Positions 1-8,584 of a stretch of DNA of 24,000 nt are shown here, one piece after another. The stretch's first letter is position 1; each line of letters begins with the position of its first letter. The stretch lies in assembly GCA_966191635.1 (NCBI GenBank), contig CBIGPO010000005.1, forward strand, positions 54,199 through 78,198, written 5' to 3'. Source of the DNA: an uncultured Luteibacter sp. Its GTDB lineage: Bacteria; Pseudomonadota; Gammaproteobacteria; Xanthomonadales; Rhodanobacteraceae. The position numbers and the translations under genes were made by a program. The notes below the pieces were generated by a model that worked only from the letters and a program-made list of their open reading frames with translations, searched no databases and had not been told where the DNA came from.

Positions 1-1
1 G

Positions 2-835
2 GGTTTCCTTACCAGCACCGCCTGGGATCCGACCAACAACCAGTACGGCGCGCTCGTACCGGTCATGGGTACCGTGATCACCTCGCTCATCGCCCTTGTC
101 TTCGCCGTGCCGGTCAGCTTCGGCATCGCCCTCTTCCTTACCGAAATCGCGCCCGGTTGGTTGCGCGGTCCGGTCAGCTCCGCCATCGAACTGCTCGCCG
201 GCATCCCGTCGATCATCTACGGCATGTGGGGCCTCTTCATCTTCGCCCCGTTCGTCGCCGAGCACATCAAACCGTGGCTGATGAACAACTTCAGCGCGGA
301 CCCGCCGGACGGCCAGGTGTCGTGGCTCGTGCAGCACGTACCGTTCATCGCCAAGTTCTTCTCCAGTGAGTACCCGTTCTTCGGTGCCGGCATCTTCACC
401 GCAGGCCTGGTGCTCGCGGTGATGATCATCCCGTTCATCTCCTCGGTGATGCGCGAGGTCTTCCAGACCGTCCCCACCCGCCTGAAGGAGTCCGCGTATG
501 CGCTGGGTTCCAGCACGTGGGAAGTGGTCTGGGATATCGTCGTGCCCTATACCCGCACGGCGGTGATCGGCGGCATCTTCCTCGGTCTGGGCCGCGCCCT
601 CGGCGAGACCATGGCCGTGGCCTTCGTGATCGGTAATACGTTCAAGTTCACGCCTTCGATCCTCGAAACCGGCAGCACGATCGCGTCGACCATCGCCAAC
701 CAGTTCGGCGAAGCCGAAGGCCTGCAGAAGTCGGCGCTCATGGCGATCGCGTTCCTGCTCTTCGTGGTGACCTTCATCGTGCTGCTGATCGCCCGCCTCA
801 TGCTCCGCCGCCTGGCTTCGAAGGAGGGCACCTGA
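2..835 (+). CDS. pstC: Phosphate ABC transporter permease PstC, 5' truncated by window edge
   Basis: Open frame continues upstream of the track's ATG at 65 to the window edge (GFLTSTAWDPTNNQYGALVPVMGT...). PstC-like membrane permease sequence (AGIPSIIYGMWGLF, LGRALGETMAVAFVIGN), followed by pstA/pstB/phoU. Confidence 0.96.
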   Translation, partial: GFLTSTAWDPTNNQYGALVPVMGTVITSLIALVFAVPVSFGIALFLTEIAPGWLRGPVSSAIELLAGIPSIIYGMWGLFIFAPFVAEHIKPWLMNNFSADPPDGQVSWLVQHVPFIAKFFSSEYPFFGAGIFTAGLVLAVMIIPFISSVMREVFQTVPTRLKESAYALGSSTWEVVWDIVVPYTRTAVIGGIFLGLGRALGETMAVAFVIGNTFKFTPSILETGSTIASTIANQFGEAEGLQKSALMAIAFLLFVVTFIVLLIARLMLRRLASKEGT

Positions 836-1704
836 TGTCCGCTTCGCTGTATACCAAGCGCCGCATCAAGAACGTCATCGCGATGATCTGCAGCGTGCTC
901 GCCACCGGCATCGGCCTGCTCTTCCTGGCCTGGATCCTGTGGGAGACGCTCAGCCAGGGCATTGCCGGCCTCAAGCCCGCGTTGTTCACCAAGATCACCG
1001 CTTACCGCGAAGAAGGTGGCCTGGCCAACGCCATGGTCGGCAGCCTGATCCTCAACATCATCGGCATCCTCATCGCCACGCCGATCGGCGTGGCGGCGGG
1101 TACCTGGCTGGCGGAGTATTCGCGCCGCTCGCGGCTCGGACCCACCATCCGCTTCCTCAACGACATCCTGCTGTCGGCACCGTCGATCGTGCTGGGTCTG
1201 TTCGTCTATACGATCATCGTGCTGCCCTCGCAGTGGCTGACGAACGGCGACATCACGTTCTCCGGCATCGCCGGCGGTATCGCGCTGGCCCTGATCGCCC
1301 TGCCCGTCATCGTCCGCACCACCGACGAAATGCTGCGTCTGGTGCCCGGCACGTTGCGCGAGGCTGCGCTGTCGCTCGGCGTACCGCAGTGGAAGCTCAC
1401 GGTGCAGATCCTGATCCGCGCCGCTCGCTCGGGTATCGTCACCGGTGTATTGCTGGCCCTCGCGCGCATCAGTGGCGAGACCGCGCCGCTGCTGCTCACC
1501 GCGTTCGGCAACAACTTCATGACCTTCAATCCGCTCAACAAGATGCCGAGCCTGCCCCAGGTCATTTACGACTACACGAAGGACCCGAGCCCGGATATCA
1601 ACACCCTCGCCTGGGCTGGTGCATTCGTCCTGACCATGTTCGTGCTGGCGCTCAGCCTCGTCGCCCGCTTCGTATTCTCGCGTTCCAAGGTGTCCCATGA
1701 CTAA
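835..1704 (+). CDS. pstA: Phosphate ABC transporter permease PstA
   Basis: 289-aa ORF; ABC permease motif ([19 protein letters not shown]) and AP.IVLGLF..TI typical of PstA; overlaps the pstC stop. Confidence 0.96.
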   Translation: MSASLYTKRRIKNVIAMICSVLATGIGLLFLAWILWETLSQGIAGLKPALFTKITAYREEGGLANAMVGSLILNIIGILIATPIGVAAGTWLAEYSRRSRLGPTIRFLNDILLSAPSIVLGLFVYTIIVLPSQWLTNGDITFSGIAGGIALALIALPVIVRTTDEMLRLVPGTLREAALSLGVPQWKLTVQILIRAARSGIVTGVLLALARISGETAPLLLTAFGNNFMTFNPLNKMPSLPQVIYDYTKDPSPDINTLAWAGAFVLTMFVLALSLVARFVFSRSKVSHD

Positions 1705-2530
1705 CATGAACGAAGTCGCCTCCAAACCGGGTTTCGGCAGCTCGCCACATGGGTCTGAGGTCGATCTCGGCCAGGTCCCGGCGAAGATGACCGTGCGCGA
1801 CCTCAACTTCTATTACGGTGAGTTCCACGCGCTCAAGAGCATCGCGATGGATGTGCCGGAGAAGAAGGTCACCGCCATCATCGGACCGTCCGGCTGCGGC
1901 AAGTCCACCCTGCTGCGCATCTTCAACCGCATCTACGCGATCTATCCGAACCTGCGCGCCAGCGGCGAGATCGTGCTCGATGGCGAGAACATCCTCGACC
2001 CGAAGTACTCGCTCAATCGCCTGCGCAGCAAGGTCGGCATGGTGTTCCAGAAGCCCGTCCCGTTCCCGATGACCATCTTTGAGAACGTGGCCTACGGCAT
2101 CCGCCATCACGAAAGTCTTAACCGCACGGACATGGAAGGCCGCGTCGAACAGGCCCTGCGCGGCGCCGCCCTGTGGGATGAAGTGAAGGACAAGCTCAAG
2201 CAAAGCGCGCTCGGCCTCTCCGGCGGCCAGCAGCAGCGTCTGTGCATAGCGCGCGGTATCGCGCTGAAGCCGGAAGTGCTGCTGCTCGACGAGCCGACCT
2301 CGGCACTCGACCCGATCGCCACGAGCCGCATCGAGCAGCTGGTGGAAGAGCTCAAGAGCCAGTTCACCATTGTCATCGTCACCCACAACATGCAGCAGGC
2401 CGCACGCTGCTCGGACATGACCGCCTTCATGTATATGGGTGAGCTGATCGAGTTCGACCGGACCGAGAAGATCTTCACCAAGCCGGAAAAGAAGCAGACC
2501 GAAGACTACATCACCGGCCGTTTCGGCTAA
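1697..2530 (+). CDS. pstB: Phosphate ABC transporter ATP-binding protein PstB
   Basis: 277 aa; Walker [10 protein letters not shown], signature [16 protein letters not shown], Walker [15 protein letters not shown]; [15 protein letters not shown] typical of PstB. Confidence 0.98.
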   Translation: MTNMNEVASKPGFGSSPHGSEVDLGQVPAKMTVRDLNFYYGEFHALKSIAMDVPEKKVTAIIGPSGCGKSTLLRIFNRIYAIYPNLRASGEIVLDGENILDPKYSLNRLRSKVGMVFQKPVPFPMTIFENVAYGIRHHESLNRTDMEGRVEQALRGAALWDEVKDKLKQSALGLSGGQQQRLCIARGIALKPEVLLLDEPTSALDPIATSRIEQLVEELKSQFTIVIVTHNMQQAARCSDMTAFMYMGELIEFDRTEKIFTKPEKKQTEDYITGRFG

Positions 2531-2551
2531 GCCCCCTATTCGAGGCATGCG

Positions 2552-3259
2552 ATGAACACTCCGCACCAGCACATCATCAAGAGCTACGACGACGAACTGA
2601 AGCGCCTCACCGGCGAAATCGTCAAGATGGGCGAGCTCGCCGTCGCCCAGCTCGAAGCCGCCATCGACGTGGTCCAGCGTCGTGACGAGCGCGCCGCTCA
2701 GCGCGTCGTCGACAACGACGAAGCGATAGACGCGCTCGAGCAGGAAATCAGCCAGGACGTCGTTCGCCTGCTCGCCCTGCGCGCGCCGATCGCCGGCGAT
2801 CTGCGTAGCGTGTTCGCTGCGCTGCGTATTGCAGCCGACATCGAGCGCATCGGTGACTATGCCGCCAACGTGGCGAAGCGTTCCATTCCGCTCAGCCGCG
2901 TGGCGCCGATTGCTGTCGTCGGCGGCCTGGCAAATCTCGCCGAGCTCGCTATTGAGGAGCTGCGTGACGTTCTCAAGGCTTACCATGATCAGGATGCCGA
3001 GGCCGCCTACGAAGTGTGGAAAGCGGATGCGCGCCTGGACGAGGAGTACACCCTGGTATTCCGCGCCCTGCTCACCTACATGATGGAAGATCCGCGCAAC
3101 ATCACGCCGTGCACCCACCTGTTGTTCATGGCGAAGAACATCGAGCGCATTGGTGACCATGCAACGAACATCGCGGAAAACGTGTGGTTCGTCGTGAATG
3201 GCGAGCCGTTGGTGGCGCCGCGGATCAAGAAGGATACGACGGCCAATCCGGAGTTTTGA
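2552..3259 (+). CDS. phoU: Phosphate signalling regulator PhoU
   Basis: 235 aa; HIIKSYDDELKRL, RAPIAGDLRSVFAALRIAADIERIGDYAANVAKR and NIERIGDHATNIAE motifs of the PhoU repeats; last gene of the pst cluster. Confidence 0.97.
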   Translation: MNTPHQHIIKSYDDELKRLTGEIVKMGELAVAQLEAAIDVVQRRDERAAQRVVDNDEAIDALEQEISQDVVRLLALRAPIAGDLRSVFAALRIAADIERIGDYAANVAKRSIPLSRVAPIAVVGGLANLAELAIEELRDVLKAYHDQDAEAAYEVWKADARLDEEYTLVFRALLTYMMEDPRNITPCTHLLFMAKNIERIGDHATNIAENVWFVVNGEPLVAPRIKKDTTANPEF

Positions 3260-3297
3260 TTGGGTGTCATTGGGCGTAAGTAATTTAAGGCTGCCGT

Positions 3298-3365
3298 GAG
3301 CACCCATCGCCGCTGAAGCGGCTCCCACATTTCTGCTCTATGTGGGAGCCGCTTCAGCGGCGATG
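3298..3365. repeat. REP-like inverted repeat pair (subtype GCCGCTTCAGCGGC)
   Basis: catcgccgctgaagcggctcccacat (3305-3330) / atgtgggagccgcttcagcggcgatg (3340-3365): 26-bp perfect arms around a 9-nt loop; the same element recurs at 23361-23395. Confidence 0.9.
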
Positions 3366-3377
3366 CTTTTGTCAGGG

Positions 3378-3692
3378 TCAGGCAGTCAGCTTCAACCCCA
3401 AAATCCCGACCACAATCAACGCCACGCAAAGCAGCCGCAACGGCTGCGCAGACTCGCCGAACAGGATGATGCCGAGCGTGACGGCACCGACTGCGCCGAT
3501 GCCGGTCCATACCGCGTAAGCGGTGCCCAGAGGCAACTTTTTCGTCGCATACGCCAGCAGCACGATGCTGATCACCATGGCGGTGCCCGTCAGTACGCTG
3601 GGCAGGAGCTTCGTAAAGCCCTCGGTGTATTTCAGGCCAACGGCCCAGGCGATCTCGAAGAGACCCGCCAGAACAAGCACGAACCAGTACAT
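3378..3692 (-). CDS. gdx: Gdx/SugE-type guanidinium exporter, SMR family
   Basis: Protein [29 protein letters not shown]...[30 protein letters not shown] strongly resembles SugE/Gdx. Start set to the ATG at 3692..3690 rather than the track start at 3743, which lies inside the riboswitch. GGAG at 3703..3700. Confidence 0.95.
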   Translation of the reverse strand: MYWFVLVLAGLFEIAWAVGLKYTEGFTKLLPSVLTGTAMVISIVLLAYATKKLPLGTAYAVWTGIGAVGAVTLGIILFGESAQPLRLLCVALIVVGILGLKLTA

Positions 3693-3709
3693 GGTGTGGC
3701 TCCGCAGAA

Positions 3710-3758
3710 GCGGAGTCGTCCCCGCGGAGATACTGCGCGCCATGGGGTCGTCCCCACG
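3710..3758 (-). promoter_or_regulatory. Guanidine-II (mini-ykkC) riboswitch
   Basis: Minus strand: CGTGGGG-ACGA-CCCCATG (3758..3741), 15-nt linker, GCGGGG-ACGA-CTCCGC (3725..3710). Two hairpins each capped by ACGA, just upstream of gdx. Confidence 0.93.
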
Positions 3759-3788
3759 GGCAGACCGGCCTTGCGCCGATCTGCCCCC

Positions 3789-3794
3789 ATTATA
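3789..3794 (-). promoter_or_regulatory. Probable -10 element (TATAAT) for the gdx leader
   Basis: Perfect TATAAT on the minus strand about 31 bp upstream of the first riboswitch hairpin; no good -35 seen. Confidence 0.55.
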
Positions 3795-3841
3795 CCGAGG
3801 GTGTGTAACCCCCGGCTGACCCGTTGCTGCTCAGAGGCACT

Positions 3842-4126
3842 TCAGGGCAGGCTGTCCGGGGTGATCAACGCCGCCTTCCGCGCCCGCACGCCACGGACAA
3901 TGCCGTAGACGCTGATCAGGAACCAGGCCATTTCCTGCAGGAAGGCCGACAGGTTGAACATGCCAAAGATCAGCGAAAGCAGGATGCCGAAGGCGCCGAC
4001 CAGGTTCATCACCTGGTACGTATAGCCCTGCCCCGACAGCTTATGCGCCTGGAGCAGGAAGAACGCGATCAACACCAGCGCCACGCCGACCAGACCGGCC
4101 CAGTCATGCCACAACATGCTGCTCAT
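3842..4126 (-). CDS. Small multi-pass membrane protein (CBU_0592-like)
   Basis: 94 aa, hydrophobic; LVGVALVLIAFFLLQAHKLSGQGYTYQVMNLVGAFGILLSL. Start overlaps the rlmB stop. Confidence 0.85.
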   Translation of the reverse strand: MSSMLWHDWAGLVGVALVLIAFFLLQAHKLSGQGYTYQVMNLVGAFGILLSLIFGMFNLSAFLQEMAWFLISVYGIVRGVRARKAALITPDSLP

Positions 4127-4869
4127 CGCTTTGCTCCCCGCTGCCTCAGTGCCTCGAACAGAACGACGCCCGTGGCGACGGAGACATTCAGGCTCTCCAT
4201 ACTGCCAGGCATCGGGATCTTCGCCACGAAGTCGCAGGTGTCGCGCGTAAGGCGGCGCATGCCGTCACCTTCGCTACCCATGACCAGGGCAATCGGCCCC
4301 TTCAGGTCGATGTCGTAAATCGACTTGTCGGTGTCGCCGTCCAGACCGGTGATCCACACGCCGGCATCCTTGAGCATGCGCAGCGCGCGCGCCAAGTTGG
4401 TCACGGCGATCAGCGGGATCAGGTCCGCACCGCCGGCGGACGCGCGACGAACGGTCGGCGTGATGCCGACCGCGCGATCCTTCGGCACCACGACCGCGGT
4501 GACGTTGGCCGCCGCCGCACTGCGCAGGCACGCACCGAGATTGTGCGGATCGGTCACGCCATCGAGCACCAGCACGAAAGCATTCGCACCGGCCGCATCG
4601 AGAAGCGGCGGAAGGTGTGTCTCGTCGCGCAGGGGCGGTGTTTGGTAGAGAGCGATAACGCCCTGGTGACGTGCTTCGCCACCGAGCTTCTCCAGTTGCT
4701 CCTTGCTCACCGTCTTCGTGATCAGGCCAAGCTTGCGCGCCAACGCGGCGATCTCGGTCACACGCGCATTCTTCGAGTTCTGTTCGACCAGAACTTCACG
4801 GACACGATCCGGGTCGTTGGCGAGGGCGCCTTCGACCGGATTGATTCCAACAATCCATGACTCACTCAT
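4123..4869 (-). CDS. rlmB: 23S rRNA 2'-O-ribose methyltransferase RlmB (SpoU/TrmH family)
   Basis: 248 aa; GINPVEGAL, LDGVTDPHNLGACLRSAAAANV, LVMGSEGDGMRRLTRDTCD, IPMPGSMESLNVSVATGVVLFEALRQR. Confidence 0.97.
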   Translation of the reverse strand: MSESWIVGINPVEGALANDPDRVREVLVEQNSKNARVTEIAALARKLGLITKTVSKEQLEKLGGEARHQGVIALYQTPPLRDETHLPPLLDAAGANAFVLVLDGVTDPHNLGACLRSAAAANVTAVVVPKDRAVGITPTVRRASAGGADLIPLIAVTNLARALRMLKDAGVWITGLDGDTDKSIYDIDLKGPIALVMGSEGDGMRRLTRDTCDFVAKIPMPGSMESLNVSVATGVVLFEALRQRGAKR

Positions 4870-7592
4870 GCTTCTGGCTTGCTCCTGGGTTTACGCGACC
4901 GACGCCGGGCTGACTTCTTGGCCGGTGCCGGTGTTTCCGAAGCGGCGACCGGTGCTTGCCGGGGCGGCTGCTTCGTCACGGCGGTCTTCTTCACCGCGGT
5001 CTTCTTGGTGGCTGCCTTTCTTGGCGACTGCTCGTTACGTGACGACTGCTCGTTACGCGGCGACTGCCCGCTGCGTGACGACTGCCCGGAAGCAGGTGCC
5101 TGCGAATTGCGGCGCGGTGGCCTCGACGACTGCTGTTCATTCGCCGCTGGCTCCGCCGCACGGCGGCGCGAGGTCGGCGCGGGGGCCGGATGATGCGCCT
5201 CAGGCGCTTCGACCGCAACCGGTGCCTTGGTCTTCTTACCGAAGATGCTGCTCATGGCTTTCTTGGCGGCGCGTCCAATGGCCTTGCCGGCCTTGGCCAT
5301 GCCTGAACTCGGCGCGACCGGTGCCGCCACCTCGGCCTTCGGTGCCGGCTTCGGCAACTGGGCCAGACGCGCGACCAGACGGAAGTCGATCTTGCGGTCT
5401 TCCATGCTGGCGCGAAGCACCTGCACGCTTACATAGTCGCCAAGGCGATACGTTGAACCCGTGCGCTCTCCGCTGAGCAAATGGCGGATCGGATCGAACT
5501 TGTAGTAGTCGTTGGGCAGCTGTGAAACGTGCACCAGACCCGAGACGCGTGACGCCGCCAGTTCGACGAACAGGCCGAACGAGGTGACACCGGTGATGGT
5601 GCCGGCAAATTCCGAACCGACGTGTTTCTCCATCCAGGCGCACTTGAAGCGCTCGTCCACATCGCGCTCGGCCTCCTCGGCACGACGCTCACGCTGCGAG
5701 CAATGCACGGCCATGGCCGCCATCTGCGTTTCGCTGTAGACGTAATCGGCCGGCTTGCCCTTGGTCAGCGCATAACGGATGGCGCGATGCACGAGCAGGT
5801 CGGGATAGCGACGGATCGGCGAGGTGAAGTGTGCGTATGCGTCCAGCGCCAGGCCGAAGTGGCCCTGGTTCTCCGCGTGATAGATCGCCATGCTCTGCGA
5901 ACGCAGCAGCACCGACTGGATGAGCTCGGCCTCGGGGCGATCGTGCACACGCTTGAGCAGCGCCGAGAAATCCGCAGGTGTGACTTCGTCCGCCGGCGGC
6001 ATCTTCAGCTTGAACTCCTTGAGGAAGCGCAGGAGATCTTCGTACTTCTCGGCCGGCGGTGGTGCATGCACGCGATACAGCGCGGGGACCTTGCGCTTAG
6101 TGAGGTAGCGGGCCGCCTGCACGTTCGCGGCGATCATGCATTCCTCGATCATCTTGTGCGCATCGTTGCGATCGGACGCACCCATCGATTCAACGTCGCC
6201 CGCCGGACCGATGCGGAACTTCACTTCCGGCGTTTCGAAATCGATCGCGCCACGACGCTTACGCGCCTTGGCCATCACCTTGTACAGGCGATGCAGCGAT
6301 TCGATGTGCGGGAGCACGTCGGAGATTTCCTGGCGCACATCGGCATTGCGCTCACCGACCGCCTGCCACACCTTGTTATAGGTAAGGCGTGCGTGCGAGA
6401 ACATCACCGCGTCGTAGAACTTGGAACGCGTGACGTCGCCTTCCTCGTCGATCTCCATGTCGCAGACCATGCACAGGCGTTCCACCTTGGGCATGAGCGA
6501 GCAGATGCCGTTCGACAGCGTCTCCGGCAGCATGGGCACGACGAAGCCAGGGAAGTACGTGGACGTGCTGCGGTTATAGCCTTCCACGTCCAGTGGCGTA
6601 CCCACGGGCACGTAGTGCGAGACGTCAGCGATAGCCACGACGAGACGGAAACCGCCATCCTTCAGCGGCTCGGCATACACGGCATCGTCGAAGTCACGCG
6701 CGTCGTCACCGTCGATGGTGACCAGCGGCAGCTTGCGAAGGTCCGTACGGCCCTTGCGCTCTTCCGAAGTGACCTTCGGCTCGACTTCCTCGGCCTGGCG
6801 GACTACCTGGGACGGGAATTCGTGCGGCAGATCGTGGCTGGCGATCGCCATTTCGACGACCAGCGACGGCTGCAGGCGCTGACCGAGGACGGCGCGGATC
6901 GTGCCCATCGGGCCGCGGTGCGGCGTCGGTGGATCGGTGATCTCAACGACGACGATCTCGCCGGAGTTTGCGCCGGCTTCGCGGCCCGCGGGAATCATGA
7001 TGTTCTGGTGCAGGCGGCGATCGTCCGGCTCGACCAGGGTCACACCGTTTTCGATGACCACGCGGCCAACCAGACGCGGCGAGCGGCGCTCGAGCACTTC
7101 GACGATCGCACCCTGGCGACGGCCACGGCGGTCGATGCCGACCACGCTGGCGAGCACGCGGTCGCCGTGCAGCACGCTACGCATCTGCGCCGGCGACAGG
7201 TAGAGGTCTTCTTCCCCACTCTCGTCGGGACGGAGGAAGCCGTAGCCCTCGGCGTTGGCGATGACACGGCCCGGAATCAGGCTGAGCTTCTGCGCCGGGG
7301 CGTAGTCGCCCTTGCGGTTCCGCAGGAGCTGGCCGTCGCGGACCATCGCACCCAGGCGCTTGCCCAGGGCATTGATCTCGTAGTCGGTGAACAGGCGCAG
7401 CGCGTGGGCGATGCTCTCTTCCGATAGCAACTCGCCACGGTCGTCGAGCAGCGCCAGGATGGCCTCGCGGCTGGGGATCGGCTGGTCGTAGAGCGCAGCT
7501 TCCCGGTCGGCATGGGGATCGACGACGGGGCGGCTGGCCTTGGGTTTACGGGGACCGCGATCGGCTCCCGAACCTGAGTTTTTCTTCGTCAC
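4866..7592 (-). CDS. rnr: Ribonuclease R
   Basis: 908 aa; RNB domain TIDGDDARDFDDAVYAE, YYPG-type and PYRRYPDLLVHRAIR motifs, C-terminal S1 domain GTITGVTSFGLFVEL; GTG start; basic Ser/Arg/Lys/Pro-rich tail. Confidence 0.96.
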   Translation of the reverse strand: MTKKNSGSGADRGPRKPKASRPVVDPHADREAALYDQPIPSREAILALLDDRGELLSEESIAHALRLFTDYEINALGKRLGAMVRDGQLLRNRKGDYAPAQKLSLIPGRVIANAEGYGFLRPDESGEEDLYLSPAQMRSVLHGDRVLASVVGIDRRGRRQGAIVEVLERRSPRLVGRVVIENGVTLVEPDDRRLHQNIMIPAGREAGANSGEIVVVEITDPPTPHRGPMGTIRAVLGQRLQPSLVVEMAIASHDLPHEFPSQVVRQAEEVEPKVTSEERKGRTDLRKLPLVTIDGDDARDFDDAVYAEPLKDGGFRLVVAIADVSHYVPVGTPLDVEGYNRSTSTYFPGFVVPMLPETLSNGICSLMPKVERLCMVCDMEIDEEGDVTRSKFYDAVMFSHARLTYNKVWQAVGERNADVRQEISDVLPHIESLHRLYKVMAKARKRRGAIDFETPEVKFRIGPAGDVESMGASDRNDAHKMIEECMIAANVQAARYLTKRKVPALYRVHAPPPAEKYEDLLRFLKEFKLKMPPADEVTPADFSALLKRVHDRPEAELIQSVLLRSQSMAIYHAENQGHFGLALDAYAHFTSPIRRYPDLLVHRAIRYALTKGKPADYVYSETQMAAMAVHCSQRERRAEEAERDVDERFKCAWMEKHVGSEFAGTITGVTSFGLFVELAASRVSGLVHVSQLPNDYYKFDPIRHLLSGERTGSTYRLGDYVSVQVLRASMEDRKIDFRLVARLAQLPKPAPKAEVAAPVAPSSGMAKAGKAIGRAAKKAMSSIFGKKTKAPVAVEAPEAHHPAPAPTSRRRAAEPAANEQQSSRPPRRNSQAPASGQSSRSGQSPRNEQSSRNEQSPRKAATKKTAVKKTAVTKQPPRQAPVAASETPAPAKKSARRRSRKPRSKPEA
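5025..5096. repeat. 18-bp tandem repeat in the rnr 3' coding tail
   Basis: cgactgctcgttacgtga / cgactgctcgttacgcgg / cgactgcccgctgcgtga / partial fourth unit; encodes (E/G)QS(S/P)R(N/S) hexapeptides. Confidence 0.75.
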
Positions 7593-7610
7593 GTAAGGAC
7601 CTTTGAAGGT

Positions 7611-7633
7611 GGATGTGAAATAGTTTCACATCC
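7611..7633. promoter_or_regulatory. Perfect inverted repeat between rnr and tRNA-Leu
   Basis: GGATGTGAAA-TAG-TTTCACATCC, 10-bp arms with 3-nt spacer, 19 bp upstream of the rnr GTG start. Confidence 0.6.
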
Positions 7634-7647
7634 TGTGTGCAAAATCG

Positions 7648-7676
7648 TTGACAAGTTTCCCGGACCTACCTAATCT
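7648..7676 (+). promoter_or_regulatory. Sigma70-type promoter of tRNA-Leu
   Basis: TTGACA (7648-7653), 17-bp spacer, TAATCT (7671-7676), followed by G/C-rich discriminator acgcgg. Confidence 0.85.
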
Positions 7677-7712
7677 ACGCGGCTCACGGGGCAGCGATGC
7701 TTCGGGGCACCT

Positions 7713-7797
<85 letters not shown>

Positions 7798-7808
7798 ATT
7801 ATAGACGA

Positions 7809-7839
7809 AGCCCCGCAGCGATGCGGGGCTTTGTTGTTT
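7809..7839 (+). terminator. Rho-independent terminator after tRNA-Leu
   Basis: AGCCCCGCA-gcga-TGCGGGGCT followed by ttgttgttt. Confidence 0.9.
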
Positions 7840-7877
7840 CCGGGGTTCAGAAAGAGGCGCCTGGCCTGCGTTCGGCG

Positions 7878-8186
7878 CTATGACTGCTCTTCGCCATCTT
7901 CCGAGACGGCCCCGTCCTGGTCATAGAACAGCCATTGGCCGACCTCTTCCCCATCCTGATACACACCCTGTGCTGCGAGCTGCCCGTTCGGATGGTAGTC
8001 GCGCCACTCGCCCTGCTCGACCCCGTGGACGAAGGTTCCTTCTGACGAGCGCGCGCCATTGGCGTGATACGCCTCGAAGCGGCCATGGCGTATCCATCGA
8101 GTCCCGTCCTCTGACAAGTAGCGCGCATACCGAAAACGCACACGCCCGTCCTCTGACAGGATCTCGGCGATGTTCAGGTCTTCCAT
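7878..8186 (-). CDS. MORN-like / YwqK-type repeat protein
   Basis: ORF 7878..8246; internal ATG at 8186 (MEDLNIAEIL) preferred. Repeats of HGRFEAYHANG, QGEWRDYHPNGQLAAQG, VGQWLFYDQDG. Confidence 0.75.
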   Translation of the reverse strand: MEDLNIAEILSEDGRVRFRYARYLSEDGTRWIRHGRFEAYHANGARSSEGTFVHGVEQGEWRDYHPNGQLAAQGVYQDGEEVGQWLFYDQDGAVSEDGEEQS

Positions 8187-8584
8187 GCGCACTCCGCTAT
8201 GACAGAAAAATACCGGCTCAGAACTCTTGTGATGACTGAAACGCACAGGCCTGCGTTTGGGAATACAGGCCCGGGACGTTTTCCAGGTTCACGAAGGCAG
8301 GTCGCCTGCGGAGTCCCGCGATTCCATGACCAGCATTTTGCCTGGATGGTGCTTCCCCTCATCGACTGCGCGAGCGCAACTCCGCAATTTGCTCGGGTAT
8401 GATTTCCACGCCGACGGGATGGCCCGGATTCATTACGATTCCCAGCTGCGCTCCTACGCTACAAGAAGAAGCTCGAGAAATTCTCCGACAGACACCTCGC
8501 CCGCCTGTGCTTGAACAAGACATTCCTCAAGGGCGTTTTGACTTGTGAAGTTTTGCGCGCTTACCTGGACTGTATCTCCGCCAT

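Noticed and set aside
547-3328. Long antisense ORFs 547-1806 (-) and 1652-3328 (-) over pstC/A/B/phoU
   Set aside because: Arg/His/Asp/Gln-rich shadow translations opposite strongly conserved Pst/PhoU genes; typical high-GC artefacts.
5025-5096. Possible CRISPR-like repeat cluster
   Set aside because: Contiguous 18-bp units without spacers, inside the rnr coding tail.
5622-7427. 601-aa + strand ORF over rnr
   Set aside because: Antisense shadow of the RNase R catalytic region; no protein-like domains.
7614-7630. CRP/Clp binding site (TGTGA...TCACA) upstream of rnr
   Set aside because: Half-sites are separated by 7 nt, not the canonical 6; kept only as a generic inverted repeat.
8257-8514. 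85-aa + ORF and overlapping fragments 8199-8402
   Set aside because: Overlapping short frames, no clear RBS or domain; could be a remnant but not supportable as a CDS.
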